This document shows positions 46,395-54,557 of a stretch of 64,000 nucleotides of DNA, one piece after another (within the stretch, counting starts at the first letter, position 1; the number at the start of each line of letters is the position of its first letter). The position numbers were made by a program, and so were the translations under genes. The notes beneath the pieces were generated by a model that saw only the letters and a program-made list of their open reading frames with translations, was not told the DNA's origin and did not search any database. The stretch comes from Dehalococcoidia bacterium (GTDB lineage Bacteria > Chloroflexota > Dehalococcoidia > Lucifugimonadales > JAGWBF01): the NCBI GenBank assembly GCA_965226805.1, contig CBDDDW010000028.1, positions 398,109-462,108 of the forward strand, given 5' to 3'.

Positions 46395-47326
46395 GCCGGT
46401 CCCAACGCCGGGCCATGATTGACCGAGAAGAACCGAAGCTGTCTCTGGTGCGCCAGTGCGCCTTGCTGGGTATCAGCCGCTCCTCGTTGTACTACCTGCC
46501 AACCGAGGCCGGCGCCGAGGACATGGAGTTGATGGCCCTCATAGACCAACAGTACCTGAAGACACCTTTCTACGGCTCCAGAAGGATGACTGCCTGGCGC
46601 AGAAATCACGGACACCAGGTCAACCGCAAGCGGGTCCGCCGGCTGATGCAGCTGATAGGCCTGGAGGCCATCTACCGGCGTCCCAACACCAGCAAGCCAA
46701 ACCCAGGGCATAAGGTCTATCCGTACTTGCTCAGGGGGCTGGAGATCAACCGGGTCAACCAGGTGTGGGCCACCGACATCACCTACATACCCATGGCTCG
46801 GGGTTTCCTCTACTTGATGGCCATCATGGACTGGCACAGCCGCTACGTGCTGGCCTGGCGGCTGTCCAACACCCTGGAGGTAGACTTCTGTGTTGCGGCT
46901 CTGGAAGAGGCCTTGAGCAAGGGTCGGCCACAGATCTTCAACACCGACCAGGGCAGCCAGTTCACCAGCGAGGCCTTCACCAGCATGCTGCTGGCGCAAG
47001 GCGTTCAAGTGAGCATGGACGGCAGGGGCCGGTGCATGGACAACGTCTTCGTGGAACGGCTGTGGCGCAGCATCAAGTACGAGGAGGTGTACCTGAAGGC
47101 ATACCAAAATGGGACTGAGGCCAGAAAAGGGATTGGGGCTTATCTGGCCTTCTACAACCAAGAGCGGCCCCATCAAGCCCTGGGCTATCGGTCACCGGGT
47201 CAGGTGTTCCATGCAGTGAGCCCACAAAGGTGTTTACTGGAACATCCACAAGCCTTACAATCGGATGAAGGTTTACGAGACACCCCAGCGGTAGACTCTC
47301 TTATTTTAGCCTCACCGCTGTCCTGA
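46391..47326 (+). CDS. IS3-family transposase OrfB (rve/DDE)
   Basis: ..[69 protein letters not shown].. It is in the -1 frame relative to OrfA. Confidence 0.9.
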   Translation: MSRSQRRAMIDREEPKLSLVRQCALLGISRSSLYYLPTEAGAEDMELMALIDQQYLKTPFYGSRRMTAWRRNHGHQVNRKRVRRLMQLIGLEAIYRRPNTSKPNPGHKVYPYLLRGLEINRVNQVWATDITYIPMARGFLYLMAIMDWHSRYVLAWRLSNTLEVDFCVAALEEALSKGRPQIFNTDQGSQFTSEAFTSMLLAQGVQVSMDGRGRCMDNVFVERLWRSIKYEEVYLKAYQNGTEARKGIGAYLAFYNQERPHQALGYRSPGQVFHAVSPQRCLLEHPQALQSDEGLRDTPAVDSLILASPLS

Positions 47327-47465
47327 TGATGGGGTCCACTTGAGAGTTCTTCATCAAGAGGCTCAGGCCAAAGGGCAAGACCACAAACGCGCAGCTTCTG
47401 GCGTGAGATAGGATGGGAAAAACGGACACCAAAGTCGGATAAGATAGAGCGACGGAGGTGTCAGT

Positions 47466-47783
47466 ATGAAAGGTGTCCCTCAAGGAAGATACACGAGGGA
47501 ATTCCGCCAGGAAGCAGTGAAGCTGGTAACGGAAGAGAGGCTATCATTGCCGGAGGCAGCCCGCCGGTTGTCCCTGGCGCCATCGACGTTAGGGTACTGG
47601 GTGAAGGCACAAAGGGCCGGCAAACTGGGAGATGTCGGCAAGACGTACAGGCCCTTGACTGAAGTAGAGATGGATTTGGCCCGGACTAAGAAGGAACTGG
47701 CGGAAGTGAAGATGGAGCGGGACATACTAAAAAAAGCGGCCGCGTACTTTGCCAAGGAGTCGCTGCCCGGTACGCGGCGATGA
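47466..47783 (+). CDS. IS3-family transposase OrfA
   Basis: ..YTREFRQEAVKLVTEERLSLPEAARRLSLAPSTLGYWVK..EVKMERDILKKAAAYFAKE. The A7 slippery run is at 47729-47735. Confidence 0.9.
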   Translation: MKGVPQGRYTREFRQEAVKLVTEERLSLPEAARRLSLAPSTLGYWVKAQRAGKLGDVGKTYRPLTEVEMDLARTKKELAEVKMERDILKKAAAYFAKESLPGTRR

Positions 47784-48640
47784 ATGAGTTGCGGCTCAAG
47801 TATCCAGTCCGGATGATGCGACGGATTATGAATGTATCGGCCAGCGGCTACTATGCGTGGGTGGACCGGCCGCTGTCCAAGCGGGCACAGGAGGAAGTGC
47901 GGCTGGAGCTGGAGATAATGGCGGCCCACCAGCGGAATAGACAGACCTATGGCCCGGAACGGTTACAGCGCGATCTGGCGGAGCATGGCGTTCGGGTGGG
48001 TGTTTGCCGGATCAAGCGGATCCGGCAAAAGCTCGGCATACGCTGTAAACAGAAGAGGAGATTCAAGACTACCACTAACTCCGCGCACAGACTGCCAGTT
48101 GCGGATAACTTGTTGGGCCAGCAGTTCAAGGTCAGTCAGCCCAACGCCGTGTGGGTGAGTGACATCACCTATATACCGACTGATGAAGGCTGGCTATACC
48201 TGGCGGGCCACAAGGACCTGTTCACCGGAGAGCTCGTGGGCTATGCCATGGGAGAGCGGATGACCAGGAATCTGGTTAGTCAGTCTCTATTCCGGGCGCT
48301 GAGAGCCAAACGCCCCGCGAGGGGACTGATGCATCACTCTGACCGGGGCTCTCAGTATTGCTCCCAGGAGTACAGAAATCTTATGGAGCGCTCTGGCCTG
48401 AGATCATCCATGAGCGGGAAAGGGAACTGTTTTGATAATGCGCCGATGGAGAGCTTCTGGGGAACACTCAAGCAGGAGCTAGTCCATCACCGTCATTATC
48501 GAAGTAGACAGGAAGCAATTCGAGATATTACAGAATATATCGAGATCTTCTATAACAGGCAGCGCCGCCAGGCCAGGCTGGGATTCCTGTCACCTGCGGC
48601 CTTTCAACAAAGATTCTATGCAGGATTACTCGCAGCTTGA
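47780..48640 (+). CDS. IS3-family transposase OrfB (rve/DDE)
   Basis: ..VWVSDITYIPTDEGWLYLAGHKDLFTGELVGY..HHSDRGSQYCS..SGKGNCFDNAPMESFWGTLKQE.. It is in the -1 frame relative to OrfA. Confidence 0.9.
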   Translation: MNELRLKYPVRMMRRIMNVSASGYYAWVDRPLSKRAQEEVRLELEIMAAHQRNRQTYGPERLQRDLAEHGVRVGVCRIKRIRQKLGIRCKQKRRFKTTTNSAHRLPVADNLLGQQFKVSQPNAVWVSDITYIPTDEGWLYLAGHKDLFTGELVGYAMGERMTRNLVSQSLFRALRAKRPARGLMHHSDRGSQYCSQEYRNLMERSGLRSSMSGKGNCFDNAPMESFWGTLKQELVHHRHYRSRQEAIRDITEYIEIFYNRQRRQARLGFLSPAAFQQRFYAGLLAA

Positions 48641-48674
48641 AAGGTTTGGTGTCCACTATTGCCATCCGACCCCA

Positions 48675-49003
48675 AACTACAGATAGCGAAAGTCCTTCGA
48701 TTCCTCCAGGGCAGAGATGGTCAAAACAGGGCGGACTTCTATGGCAGGCTCTCGAACTTCGGCACGCACGCATCCCCGGTGCGATCGGGGCTGAGGATGA
48801 AGATTAGCGAGCCAGACGTTCGAGTATATCTCTCAATCAATCACCGCGAGTTGCCCCAGCGCCTAGCGGACCTCGCTGCCACTGCCAGATATGTCATGGG
48901 CATTCCATTTGAAACCTGGCCTGAATTGATGGCGCGCAATGCTTCTCTGGTTACTCGTCATCTTGAGCTAGAGAGTGAATATACGACAATCTTCATGTCA
49001 TAG
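48675..49003 (+). CDS. hypothetical protein fragment, apparently 5'-truncated by IS3 copy c
   Basis: The track ORF 48659..49003 begins inside the IS terminal repeat. I recognise no family. Confidence 0.25.
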
Positions 49004-49054
49004 CCGACGCGCCGATGACCCGATCCTGATTGCTTAGCGATCCAGGAGCACAAT

Positions 49055-49567
49055 CTGGACCTGACTTATTTCTCGCCGAAAACCGAGAAGCGCGGAAGCG
49101 ACATCGAGGGACGGGGCCTCTTTGCGAAGGAGCCCATTTCCAAGGGGGAGATTGTTGTCGTAAAAGGCGGCTGCGTGATGACCAGGGCACAGAGGGACGA
49201 AGTCGAAGAGAGGCTGGGTCCTGCCGAGATCCAGGTTACGGAGGACCTTTTCATAGGGCCCGCTACCCAAGATGAGCGCGAGGGCGGCATGATGCACCTG
49301 AACCACTCATGCGAGCCCAATTTGGGCGTTCAGGGGCAGGTTGTGTTCGTCGCGCTACGGGATATCGAGAAGAACGAAGAGCTGACCTTCGACTACGCCA
49401 TGACTGACGACGAGCCTTACGAAATGGAGTGCAGGTGCCGGGCGCCGGGCTGCAGGAAGGTTATAACGGGACAGGACTGGATGAGAATTGAGGTACAGGC
49501 CAAGTACGACGGCTACTTCTCGTGGTTCATACAACGAAGGATCAACGCTCAGCGACCATCCCGGTGA
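49055..49567 (+). CDS. SET-domain protein (putative lysine methyltransferase) with a post-SET Cys cluster; the start codon is probably non-ATG
   Basis: ..GRGLFAKEPISKGEIV.., MHLNHSCEPN, ELTFDY, then CRCRAPGC. The frame is open from 49019. The conserved GRGLFA lies upstream of the first ATG (49175). A CTG at 49055 is preceded by AGGAG at a 6-nt spacing. Confidence 0.7.
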   Translation: MDLTYFSPKTEKRGSDIEGRGLFAKEPISKGEIVVVKGGCVMTRAQRDEVEERLGPAEIQVTEDLFIGPATQDEREGGMMHLNHSCEPNLGVQGQVVFVALRDIEKNEELTFDYAMTDDEPYEMECRCRAPGCRKVITGQDWMRIEVQAKYDGYFSWFIQRRINAQRPSR

Positions 49568-49765
49568 GACTCCACTCCCACAAAGAGCGGCGGCGCCCCG
49601 CCCTTGTCGGCACATAGTCCAGGCCGGAGGCTCCCTGGTCCCTCGACAGCAGGTTAATTGGTGCTGTCGACTACAGCGCGTCGCTTATGAAACCGCTACG
49701 TAGCGCAGTCCCGTCAGGACGGAAGCCATTGGGCATGGCAATGCGTCGCTAAAGGAAGTACCGAG

Positions 49766-50569
49766 ATGTTCAAAGAGATCGGAGACATTAACGTCCGTTA
49801 CGAGGTCTCGGGCGAAGGAGACCCCTTGATCCTCATACATGGGGCTCAGATGCGCCTGGAGTGCTGGGAGCAAATGGTCCCGGAGTTATCCAAGGAGTTC
49901 AAGGTATGGAGATACGATGTCAGGGGGCACGGTCAGACGAAGCGGCCGCCCGGAACAGAGCTGTCCCACGACCTGTGGGCCGATGACCTCGCCAGGTTCA
50001 TGGATGCCTTCGGCATCGAGAAAGCCCCCGTGGCAGGATGGTCTATGGGCGGAGCGATAGGGCTAGACTTCGCGGTGCGCCACCCGAGCAGGCTTACCCA
50101 TCTGATACTGATCGGGGCAGGAAGTCCTCTGATGCCCCGTACCGACCGCTCGGGCTTCGATAGGAGACGCGAGATGAAAGAGGCCGGCGCCTCGGGCGAG
50201 GAGATCATGGACGAGACCTTCGAGTTCACTATGAAGGCCTTCAGCCCCGAGTCCTTAAAGGAAAGGCCTGCAGGCGTCCAAAGAGTGAAGGAGCTCCTGG
50301 CAGCCCACTATTCCTTGCCCATCGAAGAGATGTCGATACCCTCCAGGGCCCGGGCCGACATAGGCTCCGAGCTCGGCGATATCCAATGCCCGACTCTTAT
50401 CCTGGTCGGAGACTACGACCCACGCACTCCCGTCGCCGAATCTGAGAGCCTGAGCGCGGCCATCCCTAACTCTTATATGAAGATCATCCCCAACTGCGGC
50501 CACAACTATGCTTTCGAGCAGCCCGAAATCACCACCCAGGCCCTGATGACATTTGTAAAGGCTTTTTAG
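49766..50569 (+). CDS. alpha/beta hydrolase (enol-lactonase / haloperoxidase-like)
   Basis: ..PLILIHGAQM..VAGWSMGGAIGL.. (GxSxG), with Asp and His near the C-terminus (GDYD, CGHN). Confidence 0.8.
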   Translation: MFKEIGDINVRYEVSGEGDPLILIHGAQMRLECWEQMVPELSKEFKVWRYDVRGHGQTKRPPGTELSHDLWADDLARFMDAFGIEKAPVAGWSMGGAIGLDFAVRHPSRLTHLILIGAGSPLMPRTDRSGFDRRREMKEAGASGEEIMDETFEFTMKAFSPESLKERPAGVQRVKELLAAHYSLPIEEMSIPSRARADIGSELGDIQCPTLILVGDYDPRTPVAESESLSAAIPNSYMKIIPNCGHNYAFEQPEITTQALMTFVKAF

Positions 50570-50958
50570 CGGGGGATTTCCCTTAGGGGCTGCTGGAGAA
50601 GCTGGAGTATATTGCCGTCGGGGTCTAGCAAGGTGGCGACCCAACCACCCCAATCCTCTCTCTCCGGCGGGCGAATGAACTCGACTCCCTGGTCGGTCAG
50701 GCGGCGGTGCTCTTCGTGGATGCCGGAGACCCCCAGGCTTATCATTATGCGGTAGGGATCGCCGGCCTGGCCTTTGACCCGGTCATGCAACCCCAGATTG
50801 AGGCGCACGTCACCGAAGACGAAGTTAACGAAGTCGCCGTGGTGCCGGTGCAGCTTCAGCCCCAACGTATCCTTGTAGAAGGTTACCAGTCTCTCCAAGT
50901 CTTCGGTCCATATCGTAACGCCCGCTACACTTTCGATCATTCCATCCGCTCCTAGCAA
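50566..50958 (-). CDS. VOC (glyoxalase/dioxygenase) family protein
   Basis: ..VAGVTIWTEDLERLVTFYKDTLGL.. and ..LLDPDGNILQL. Confidence 0.75.
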   Translation of the reverse strand: MLGADGMIESVAGVTIWTEDLERLVTFYKDTLGLKLHRHHGDFVNFVFGDVRLNLGLHDRVKGQAGDPYRIMISLGVSGIHEEHRRLTDQGVEFIRPPEREDWGGWVATLLDPDGNILQLLQQPLREIPR

Positions 50959-50968
50959 GGTCTAATAA

Positions 50969-50988
50969 GGGCGACGCATGCGTCGCCC
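50969..50988. repeat. perfect 20-bp GC-rich palindrome GGGCGACGCATGCGTCGCCC
   Basis: Self-complementary by inspection. It lies between the trpC stop and the downstream VOC gene start. Confidence 0.85.
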
Positions 50989-51030
50989 CTACCTGTTTTC
51001 TCACGGCGGCCGGTCTCACCGCCAGTGGGG

Positions 51031-51822
51031 TCACGGTCCCGCCAGCTCACGCACCTTAGCGCCGACATCCGACGCGGTCACCAGAGCTTCACCTACCAGG
51101 ACAGCGTGGACTCCCAGCTTGCCGAGCCCGAGGACGTCCTCCCTGGAGGCGATGCCGCTTTCGCCGACGATAACCTTGCCTCTGGGTATGCGCCCAGCCA
51201 GTTGCCGAGTAACCGCCAAGTCGGTGCGGAACGTGCGCAGGTCCCGGTTGTTGATCCCGATGATCTCCACTCCCGCGTCAAGAGCTGCCTTCAGCTCTTC
51301 CTGGGTGTGAACCTCCACCAGACACTGCATCCAGAAGCGGCGGCTGAGTGAGAGGAGTTCAGCCAGCTCCCGTGGTGTGAGGATCGCGACGATAAGCAAT
51401 ATGGCATCCGCACCGTATGCCCTCGACTCATATACCTGATATGGATCGAAGATGAAGTCCTTGCGTAACACAGGAGTGCCGCCTGGCTGGATCGCCTGAT
51501 TCACCGCCGCCAGGTGGCCCAGGGTACCTTCGAAGCGCGGGTCTGTGAGCACCGATACAGCTGCGGCCCCGTTCTCGACGTAGGTGCTGGCCAGCTTGAC
51601 CGGGTCGAAGTCGGGGCACAGAAGACCTCTGGATGGTGACGCCTTCTTGATCTCGCCTATGAGCCTCACCCGGTCCCCTAGAAGGGCGCCCGACAAATTC
51701 AGAGGCCCCGGCTGCTTCCCAATCCCCTCCTCCAGCGCCTCCAGAGGCACCTCCGACTTTTGGCGCGCCAGTTCGCCGCGCTTGGCGGCTACGATGTCAT
51801 CCAGAATGGTGGTCATGCTCAA
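51031..51822 (-). CDS. trpC: indole-3-glycerol phosphate synthase
   Basis: ..ILDDIVAAKRGEL..LIGEIKKASPSRGL..GADAILLIVAIL..CLVEVHTQEEL..IIGINNRDLRTF..ESGI.. Confidence 0.92.
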   Translation of the reverse strand: MSMTTILDDIVAAKRGELARQKSEVPLEALEEGIGKQPGPLNLSGALLGDRVRLIGEIKKASPSRGLLCPDFDPVKLASTYVENGAAAVSVLTDPRFEGTLGHLAAVNQAIQPGGTPVLRKDFIFDPYQVYESRAYGADAILLIVAILTPRELAELLSLSRRFWMQCLVEVHTQEELKAALDAGVEIIGINNRDLRTFRTDLAVTRQLAGRIPRGKVIVGESGIASREDVLGLGKLGVHAVLVGEALVTASDVGAKVRELAGP

Positions 51823-51824
51823 GA

Positions 51825-52847
51825 CTATGCTTGGCCCAGCTCCTGGCTCAACTCCACCAGCCCATCCACCTTTCGCAAGGCCTCGCCACTATTGATAGCA
51901 TCCCGGGCAAGGGCGATGCCTTCTTGCAGGTCCTGGGCCTTTCCGCCCACCATTATCACGGCGGCACTGTTGAGCAGGACCACGTCCCTCACCGGACCGG
52001 CCTCACCCTCGAATATGCGTCGGAGGGTCGCGGCGTTTTCATCGGGGCTGCCTCCCTTGATTTGCTCGGCTGAAACACGCGGCAGGTCCAGCTCCTGGGG
52101 AGCGACGGCGTAGGGCTTGACAGCGGCACTTCCGTGGACCTCCCACACTAGGTTCTTCCCTCCCAGGGTGAACTCGTCCAGGCCGTCCTCGCCATGTACC
52201 ACCAAGGAGTGCTGTGAGCCCAGGATGCGAAGCACCTCGGCCATCTTATCCCCGAGGGTGGCGTCAGCTACTCCAAGCACCTGGCACTGGGCCCCTGCGG
52301 GATTGGTCAGCGGGCCCAGGATGTTGAACACCGTACGGATGCCCATCTCCCTGCGAACCGGGGCTGCGTGGCGCATGGCTGGGTGGAAGGTCTGGGCGAA
52401 CATGAAGCCGATGCCCACTTCTTCGATGCAGCGTTTTACTCCCTCCGGCCCCAGGTCTATCTTGACCCCCAGAGCCTCGAGAACGTCGGCGCTGCCACAG
52501 GAGCCAGAGGCCGCCCGATTCCCATGCTTGGCGACCTTGAGTCCCGACGCGGCGGCCACGAACGCGGCGGCGGTGGACACGTTGAAGCTACCCTTTCCGT
52601 CGCCTCCAGTTCCGGCTGTGTCCACGAGCGTGCCATCCACATGGACCCTCAGGGCTTTCTCCCTCATCACCGAGGCCATCCCTGCAATCTCTTGGGCCGT
52701 CTCTCCCTTCAGGCGCAACGCGGTGAGAAATGCCCCCAACTGGGCAGGGGTCACCTCTCCCTCCATGATCTCACGCATGGCGTCGGACGCCTCGTCCCGG
52801 GTGAGGGAGACGCCGGAAACCAGCGCTTCGATAGCTTCTTTTATCAT
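51825..52847 (-). CDS. trpD: anthranilate phosphoribosyltransferase
   Basis: ..GAFLTALRLKGET..VDTAGTGGDG..FNVSTAAAFVAAASGLKVAKHGNRA.SG.CGSADVLEALG.. Confidence 0.92.
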   Translation of the reverse strand: MIKEAIEALVSGVSLTRDEASDAMREIMEGEVTPAQLGAFLTALRLKGETAQEIAGMASVMREKALRVHVDGTLVDTAGTGGDGKGSFNVSTAAAFVAAASGLKVAKHGNRAASGSCGSADVLEALGVKIDLGPEGVKRCIEEVGIGFMFAQTFHPAMRHAAPVRREMGIRTVFNILGPLTNPAGAQCQVLGVADATLGDKMAEVLRILGSQHSLVVHGEDGLDEFTLGGKNLVWEVHGSAAVKPYAVAPQELDLPRVSAEQIKGGSPDENAATLRRIFEGEAGPVRDVVLLNSAAVIMVGGKAQDLQEGIALARDAINSGEALRKVDGLVELSQELGQA

Positions 52848-52910
52848 GGAATCCTCTCTTAGGGATGGGGACGTGGCCGAAAGCTATCGCGGTGACGCAG
52901 CAGGGTCGGC

Positions 52911-52938
52911 GTAGGGGCGAGGCATGCCTCGCCCCTAC
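52911..52938. repeat. perfect 28-bp GC-rich palindrome GTAGGGGCGAGGCATGCCTCGCCCCTAC
   Basis: Self-complementary by inspection. It lies between the PPOX-like gene and the trpD start and is related to the palindrome at 50969. Confidence 0.9.
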
Positions 52939-52995
52939 GGATTCGTCTACGAAGGAGTGCCATCAACGTATGAGATGCGCATTCTGGGCTCCCGG

Positions 52996-53405
52996 CTAGC
53001 CAGTCCACAGAAACTTGTCAGGAATGACATGGATAACGGCCATCTCTTCGTCTTCCATGGAGTTGGCCCAGTCCGTGCCCTCGTCGGGGCCAAGATGGCG
53101 GATGGACAACCTGCGGCGTAGCTCCTGGGCGGACTGATTATCCTTGGCCACCTCGGCCCGGCCCAGGACAGTGAGGGACTTTATCTGGCGAGAGGTATCC
53201 GTGATCCAGAAAGCCACATTGGGTTTCCGGTCGATGTTGCGCACTTTCACGGCTCCAGCGTAGGTGGCGCAGGTGAAGTTGTTGCCGTCGTATTCATACC
53301 ACACGGGGAAACCTGCGGTCTGCCGCTCGGGTAAACGGTGGCCAGTATAGCCAGGTAGGTGTGTTGCGCAAACTCGAGGACTCGCTTGGATGTCATGGTC
53401 ATCAT
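52996..53405 (-). pseudogene. PPOX-class (pyridoxamine 5'-phosphate oxidase-like / putative F420-dependent) protein with a 1-nt frameshift near codon 34
   Basis: The N-terminal frame from ATG 53405 reads MMTMTSKRVLEFAQHTYLAILATVYPSGRPQVSP, then CGMNT. The track ORF (52996..53304) continues (V)WYEYDGNNF.. in another frame. One extra C in the TCCCCG run (about 53304-53309) would restore ..PQVSPVWYEYDG.. Confidence 0.7.
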
Positions 53406-53508
53406 GTCGCCGCTTCCTGTCACCGTCCCACTATTCTAGCATATGCCTGGAACGATTTCCCGATGCCTACGGTGAGACGAGCGGACCCTCGCACCTGCGC
53501 AAGCTACC

Positions 53509-54099
53509 CTATGCGGCGGTGGTCCGAGCCTGCTCCACCCTGTCCAGGAAGTTCCGCAGCAGGTCCTTACCCACTGTGGTCATGATGGACTCCGGATGGA
53601 ACTGCACCCCTTCTATCGGATAGACCTTGTGACGAAGGCCCATGATTATGCCATTGTCAGTCCACGCGCTCACTTCGAGGCAGTCAGGGAGGCCTTGAGG
53701 ATGGACCGCCAGGGAGTGATAGCGGATGGCCTCGAAGGGTTCTGGGAGGCCCCGAAAGACGCCCCGGCCGTCGTGGTGGATCATTGAGGTCTTGCCGTGC
53801 ATGATCTCCTCTGCCCGCCCCACGGCGCCGTCGTAGGCATAGCCTATGCACTGGTGCCCGAGGCAGACCCCGAGGGTAGGTGTTCTTGGGCCGAATCGGA
53901 GGATGACATCATTGGAGATGCCGGCTTCCCTGGGGGTGCAGGGGCCGGGCGAGATCACGATGCCCTCCGGGGACATAGCTTCTATGTCCTCCAGGGTCAG
54001 CGTGTCGTTCCGGAAAACAGCTACCTCAGCGTCGAGCTCCGACAGGTACTGATACAGGTTGTAGGTGAAGCTGTCGTAGTTATCTATTAGGAGAATCAT
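53509..54099 (-). CDS. trpG: anthranilate synthase component II (glutamine amidotransferase)
   Basis: [33 protein letters not shown].. Confidence 0.9.
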   Translation of the reverse strand: MILLIDNYDSFTYNLYQYLSELDAEVAVFRNDTLTLEDIEAMSPEGIVISPGPCTPREAGISNDVILRFGPRTPTLGVCLGHQCIGYAYDGAVGRAEEIMHGKTSMIHHDGRGVFRGLPEPFEAIRYHSLAVHPQGLPDCLEVSAWTDNGIIMGLRHKVYPIEGVQFHPESIMTTVGKDLLRNFLDRVEQARTTAA

Positions 54100-54536
54100 G
54101 TCGCCAGTTCCACGAATTCCAGCCAGTTGTTGTCGGGGTCCAGGGCATCGACGACCCTTCCTATTACCTTTCCTTCCCGGGTCGAGGGTTGGGGAGAGCT
54201 ACAAAAGCGCAGCCCCTTCTGAGACATGGTGGCATAGAAGTCATCTATGTTCTCGATGTAAAAGCCCAGGTGGGAGGCGCCCAGGTCGTTGCGGTTGACG
54301 CTCGGCTCGCCGCTGGGAGGAACGATGTACTGCACAAGCTCCAGGCTATGGCCGTTGCCCAGGTTCAGGAAAGCTGTCAGGACATGGGTGTCTTTGAACC
54401 CCAGCCTCTTTTCGACGACTTCGCCCGAGTGCTCTCCTCGGCGCTGCAGCTTGAGCCCCATAACCTCAGTGTAGAACCCGATGGAGCTCTCGACGTCCCG
54501 AACTACGAATCCCGTGTGGAACGTTGACCCAAGCAT
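54096..54536 (-). CDS. VOC (glyoxalase/dioxygenase) family protein embedded between trpE and trpG
   Basis: ..[23 protein letters not shown].. and ..[11 protein letters not shown]. It starts 21 nt after the trpE stop, and its stop overlaps the trpG start by 4 nt. Confidence 0.75.
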   Translation of the reverse strand: MLGSTFHTGFVVRDVESSIGFYTEVMGLKLQRRGEHSGEVVEKRLGFKDTHVLTAFLNLGNGHSLELVQYIVPPSGEPSVNRNDLGASHLGFYIENIDDFYATMSQKGLRFCSSPQPSTREGKVIGRVVDALDPDNNWLEFVELAT

Positions 54537-54557
54537 GTGTCTCCTTTCCCATCCACG

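Larger units (their letters stand above)
46031..47343 (+). mobile_element. IS3-family insertion sequence, copy b (1313 bp), with a 3-bp GAG target duplication
   Basis: IRs TGAGGTGGTCCCCAAAATTTGGACAGG.. (46031-) and the reverse complement TCAAGTGGACCCCATCATCAGGACAGC.. (-47343). GAG is present at 46028-46030 and 47344-47346. Confidence 0.85.
47404..48674 (+). mobile_element. IS3-family insertion sequence, copy c (about 1271 bp); no target duplication detected
   Basis: IRs TGAGATAGGATGGGAAAAACGGACACCAAA (47404-) and the reverse complement TGGGGTCGGATGGCAATAGTGGACACCAAA (-48674). The flanks GCG and AAC do not match. Confidence 0.8.

Noticed and set aside
48659-49567. Possibility that ORF 48659..49003 and the SET-domain ORF are one gene, since both are in the same frame.
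   Set aside because: Two in-frame stops (TAG 49001-49003 and TGA 49016-49018) separate them, and the upstream ORF starts inside an IS terminus. I treat them as separate.
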